NCBI GenBank assembly: GCA_002269645.1
Contig: NIVC01000623.1
Coordinates: 128,830 to 192,829 of the forward strand
DNA length: 64,000 bases
Reading direction: 5' to 3'
Origin: Macrostomum lignano
Taxonomy: Eukaryota
The notes under the pieces were generated by a model. That model was not told the DNA's origin and ran no database searches. It was given only the letters and a program-made list of their open reading frames with translations. The position numbers were made by a program, and so were the translations under genes. Below, piece after piece: positions 59,291-64,000 of the stretch; the stretch's first letter is position 1; every line of letters begins with the position of its first letter.

Positions 59291-62200
59291 TTGACTAATT
59301 TGCTTGGCGAATTCGGTGCGCGAGCGCGAGAATTGATTTGAGGGAGCTCAGATTTCAATTGCCTTCTATTATAAGGGGTCAATTGTTGGCTCAAAAATTG
59401 AAAGTCATTTGATGGTCGCTGATTGGTTGGCTAAGGATGGGCTGGAGGTCGTTCTGTACCCCTTCTCTCTCTGTCACGCGGGGGTTGCGTGGGATTCGGG
59501 CGTACATTGCCTTTCTTCCTAGCCTGCACAGTGGGGATGACTAATTCGCGGCGTCCTTCATTGCGCAAGCGAATGGGCCTCTCGGGCTTCCTACCACTGT
59601 TTACTGTTTGACCGAATTTGTCTGGAGGAGGAATCTCTTTGTTCAAGGGCACACCTGGGGTGCGTGAACTATTTTGATTTCTCACTACCTCCGAAAACAA
59701 TTTAGATTTGCCATTTGGCTGCAAAGTTTCAGTTCTAGGCTGACTCATGTTATTCTGACTTTCTAGTCTCGGAAACTCGTGATAATCCGGCGCGTGCCTG
59801 CGGCAGTCTCCCAAGGGCTTGGGTGGGACCTTATTTGCCGGTTTTTGGGGCTTCGCAGGATTGTTCGAAACTGTTCTATAGGGCGGCTGCTGGGGTGGAT
59901 CAATTCTTCCTCCATGGATGCGCCTAAGAGGTAATTCACCATTAGGGGACTCCTCATCCTCGGGACGGCGCGACAATGCATCAGCATTAGCATGATTTGT
60001 CCCCTTCCGATGACGCACCTCAAACTGAAATTCATTCAGCCTCTCGATCCACCTACCCAAGATTCCCGTGGCTTCGGTTTGCTTGAGCAGCCATAAAATT
60101 GCCTTGTGATCCGTTCTCAAGATAAACTTCTTTCCGATTAAGTAATAACGAAACTGTTTCATGGCTTCCACTGCGGCCAGGAGTTCCTGCCGGTGATAGG
60201 GTACCGTTGCTCCGTAGCCTTCATTTTTCGGCTGAAAAATGCTATCCGGCGCTCTACCCCATCTGACTGAATTTGTCCCAAGCAGGCTCCAATCCTAGTT
60301 CCGCTAGAGTCGGTGTCAAGAACAAACTGCACCTGTTCGTCAGTGGTAAACTCAGGAAAAGCTAACACAGGAGTCTTAGTCATGGCTTCCTTAAGATTCT
60401 GGAAGGCCTCATGATGCTCATTCGTCCATCTGGATCGGAAATTCTGCAAGCTTTTCTTAGTCAACTGGAAGATTGGGGACGCTATCTCAGCATAATTCTG
60501 GACGAACCTGCAATAATAATTGCAGAGTCCTAGAAAGCTTCGAAGCTCTTTAATGTCTTTAGGTACGGGCCAAGTCTTTATCGCTTCGATCTTGGTCTCG
60601 TCCGTCCTAATCCCATCTCGACCAATAACATGACCTAAGTATTTCAACTCCTTGTGAAACAAACTGCACTTCCTCGGCTTGAGCTTGAGACCGGCGGCAA
60701 TCAAGCGCCTGAAAACCTCTCTAAGATGGTCCAGGTGGGCCTCAAAGCTCTTCGAGTAGCAGACGACATCATCGATATAGCTCATAGCAAACTTGTGCTG
60801 GATGTCAAGGACTATGTTCATCAAGCGCTGAAATGTCCCTGGAGCATTGTTCAACCCCATAGCCATGACATTCCATTCGAACTGACCACGAGTCAAGGTA
60901 GCAAACGCCGTCATGTGGCGGTGCTCCTCCTTTATCGGCACCTGCCAATACCCGGAATTCAAGTCCAGACTGCTAAAGTACTGGCTGCCCGTCAGATTGG
61001 CAAAGGTTTCCTGGATATTAGGCAGGGGATAAGGATGATAACTGACCTTGGAATTCAGCATCCGAAAGTCGGCTACCACGCAAACTGACCCGTCCTTCTT
61101 AGGAACAATAACTAAAGGGGTAGAGTACGTTGAGTAGGTGGGCCAGATCAGCCCCTTCGCCAGGAGATCGTCAATCTGGCGGTCCACCTGTTCCTGAAGA
61201 TGCGGCGGTATACGCGGGTGGGTATTCCGACCGGCTCGTGGTCCTTTAAATAAATCTCATGGGTTACCAAGTGGGTCAGGCCCATGTCTTCGTCATTCTT
61301 AGAAAAGGCCTCGCCACATTCTAACATGATCTGTCTAACAGCACTTCTCTGTCGTTCCGTCAAGTCTTCGCCTAAATTTACCTCATTAACCCACTCATCA
61401 TTAGGGGGCTGTAGGTGATTCACCCGTGAGACCTGGTGGTCCTCGGACAGGTACCTAAGTTCATTCGGCGCTAAGGGCTTGGCTACCCCAATGACCATAG
61501 ACCTGGGTAAGGTAATAGCCTGATTAGAACGGTTAACCACTTCGATCACTCCGGTACCATCTCTCATCGTGAGTAGGGCCGGGCTACACGCCAGGATACC
61601 GGAACTCGTCCGTACTTCCCCTCCGTAGGCCTCTACTATCATCATGGTCCCGTAATTATTTTCATTGCCATTCGCCAGTCTGATGGGCACGCGCAATGCG
61701 CTAGCAGCTGGCACCTCCAGTCTCTCAGTCGAGAGCACTCTGCAGGTCCGTGGCGGAATCTTAGAATAGCAGATGGGGACACAAGCCCCTGTTTTAAGGA
61801 CAAGAACACCCTCCGGGAATTTAAGTGTCTGACAATAACGGAGTGCAAACTCCATGCCTAGAACATTCTCGGTGTCTTGTTTACACAGAAGGAATTTCGC
61901 TTCGACCCGGAGGTCACCTATCTGCACTTCGGCCTCGGCCTCGCCGAACAATTAAATATCTACGTCGCTAAAGGACAGAACACGTTCAGAACTCGGGCGA
62001 ATTCCCCTACGGTTCTCTCCCACAAAGATTTTCTCCCAGGCACTTCTTGAGAGGAGATTCCTGGTTGAACCAGTATCAAGTAAGAAACAAGTATTCACTC
62101 CGTCGACCTTAGCGTACAAATAAGGATCTGTCGCTGTCCTGGGTCGCTCGAAGAACAATTCGGGTTCAAATTCACTAGTAGTAAGCAATGGCGGTTTGAA

Positions 62201-62328
62201 CAGGGTCGGGCGAGTGTTCAAGGTGCAAGGCTTAGTGTTAAAATGAGCATTATTTACAGAATTTGAGGCATCAATCCCGTGGAATTCGGCGTCAGAGGGG
62301 TGCTGCCTCATACAGCCCTCCCTTCGGC

Positions 62329-62335
62329 GTTTCCC
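62329..62335 (-). promoter_or_regulatory. candidate -1 ribosomal frameshift slippery site G GGA AAC at the gag/pol junction
   Basis: Gag reads CCG GGA AAC. The -1 frame (GGG AAA CGC CGA AGG GAG GGC TGT ATG AGG CAG) runs into the protease ORF. Confidence 0.7.
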
Positions 62336-63588
62336 GGCTGCCTAAAGTTCACTTTTGGCTGGCTTCCAGCCTTCGGAGCCTGTGGTTGATTGCGATTGGG
62401 TTCGCGGCACTCGCGGACAACGTGTCCGGGTACACCACAGTTGAAGCAGACTACCTGACGCGGCTGCGTTGGCATCTGACCAGCTTGGTCAGTGCTTCGG
62501 CGTTGGCCTGCAGCATTCACTTCGCGTCGGTCACGCGGCGCATAACGGTCGCCTTGAGCCTGAGGCAGATAATAGCGTCTCTCTTGGCTCGGCTCCCGCT
62601 GGTAAGAGCTCCTATCACGGCGGTCACGGCTCATTCCCCTCTGTTGGCGGTACTGGAACCCGTAATCACGCCTCAGATCCGCTTGCTGCGGCTGTCTGTC
62701 ATCAGCTCTCCAGCGTTCAGACCTACGCCTAGCGTCTCTGTCGTTCAACAGCTCCTGAAGCAGCTTTCTCTGCTGCTGCAGCTCAGCTTGCTGCTGCTGC
62801 ATAAACTCAGTGAACTTTAACTCGTCTTCATTACGAGTGGTTCTACAGACTGGCTCCTTATTGACCTTGTGTGACATACTAAAAGCGGTTTCGATTCTGC
62901 GCAAGGTGCGCCTAGCTTCCTGAAGAGTGGCTACCTGAGCAAGAATCAATTTCTCCCTAGACTCTGGAGTAATCCTAGCATTCCTAATAAACTGTTCCAC
63001 GATCTCTACCTGAACCTGTTCTTCAGTGAAATGCGGAAAAGCATTAGCAGCTAGCTCGATCAAACTGTCCGCAAATTCATCAATAGTCTCAGTTTTCCTA
63101 TGATGTCTCATTCTAAATTCTTCTCTAAATTCTGCTGTGCTACCTAGTTTCCCAAATCTTTCAATAAGTCTAGCCTTAAATTCTTCGTAAGTTAAGTAAT
63201 CGGGCAGATTCATGCACTTGACCGAAGCAAACGTGGTGCCAAGGTCCGAGTTCAACATGATCTCCTGCTTAAATTGATCTCTAGGAATACCTTCGATCTC
63301 ACATCTCTGCTCTAAGGCTGCAATCCAAACCCTCACATCCTGATTAGGAGTAAATTTTTGGATCTTAACATGCCTAGTAGGTTGGCGGATCTCCAGCCTT
63401 TGGTGGAGCTGCTCAGTCAAAGCTTCGATAAGATTATTAAGAGGATTATCCATGATAAAAGAATTGTAGTTGAAGGAACGCAAGCAAGTAAATTTTGGCC
63501 TACTCTAAATCCCACCGCTGCCACCAGTTGTAAAAGGTGTCAAAATCGCCGGTTTTACGACGTCGTTAGTAAAATGTGCTTTACTACT

Positions 63589-64000
63589 CCCAACGCTGGA
63601 ACACCAATTGTAAAAGATTCGAACTTCTAGCGACTTCACGATGTTAATTATGAATTTAGCTACGAACTGACTATCGACGCTAAACTGGCTACTGCTGGTA
63701 GTAGTCTACAGCGAACATAAACCTAGCGAGGAACTCAGACGGGCCTCTTGGCGCGAGTGACCTATAATTTCCTATGGGCCTCTTGGTTGCGGAAATAGAA
63801 CTTCTCCTATGGGACTCTTGGTTACTAGCGTCTTTGTTCTCCGGTAGACTCTAACTCACTGGCACTTTAAGACCACTATGACTCAGCGTCTGAACCTAGT
63901 CCAGACGGGTCTCTTGGTATCGAACTCTTAGCGAGCAGAGTGATTATTCCTTCTTATTCCCGAGTGACAAGAGTTCTCGAATATTATTCCTAACTTATGG
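63589..64000 (-). mobile_element. primer-binding site (63589-63606) and 3' part of the 5' LTR (from 63609, cut off by the window end)
   Basis: The - strand reads ...CTTTTACA AT TGGTGTTCCAGCGTTGGG, i.e. an LTR-type CA end followed by a TGG-initiated tract, upstream of gag. The priming tRNA is not assigned. Confidence 0.65.

Larger units (their letters stand above)
58468..64000 (-). mobile_element. Ty3/gypsy LTR retrotransposon, decayed: gag 63483-62308, protease ~62311-61952, RT ~61187-60400, RNase H to ~59980, no integrase; only one LTR seen
   Basis: Gag zinc knuckle CFNCGVPGHVVREC; protease LLDTGS; RT motifs ADFRMLN, LDLNSGYWQV, MAMGLNNAPGTFQR, YIDD, YLGH; RNase H motifs LDTDSSG..IGACL, TDHKA..WL and HANADALSR. 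There is an in-frame TAA at 61952 and frameshifts near 61187 and 60165. Confidence 0.95.

Overview
Eukaryotic (metazoan) genomic DNA, not prokaryotic. It has GT-AG spliced genes with GC-rich exons and about 30 different micro/minisatellite arrays. The style resembles the flatworm Macrostomum, but the species is only an inference. Most ORFs in the supplied track are artefacts of translating tandem repeats. Three spliced genes could be assembled by hand: (1) a secreted, probably GPI-anchored class C beta-lactamase-like serine hydrolase (- strand, 11429-14906, six exons, with one exon junction out of frame); (2) an inscuteable orthologue (+ strand, 25260-41315, eight exons, about 553 aa); (3) the first five exons of a PMS2/MutL gene (+ strand, 50624-53119; the remainder is not in the window). 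Weaker exon fragments of unknown genes lie at about 5.9-7.7, 15.9-16.3 and 23.4-24.2 kb. Mobile DNA includes a tRNA-derived SINE, a decayed mariner, a BEN-like pseudogene, a MULE transposase, and a Ty3/gypsy element that lacks integrase and carries a hAT-type MITE. The most interesting pattern is in the repeats. Almost every intron holds its own private minisatellite, and arrays on opposite sides of the same exon are often related. One pair is an inverted pair that would base-pair fully (G-U allowed) only on the sense pre-mRNA strand. The inscuteable introns carry on the order of 100 CACCTG E-boxes, and about half of the unrelated repeat units share a GAC(A/T)C core. No CRISPR array, rRNA or tRNA gene was found.
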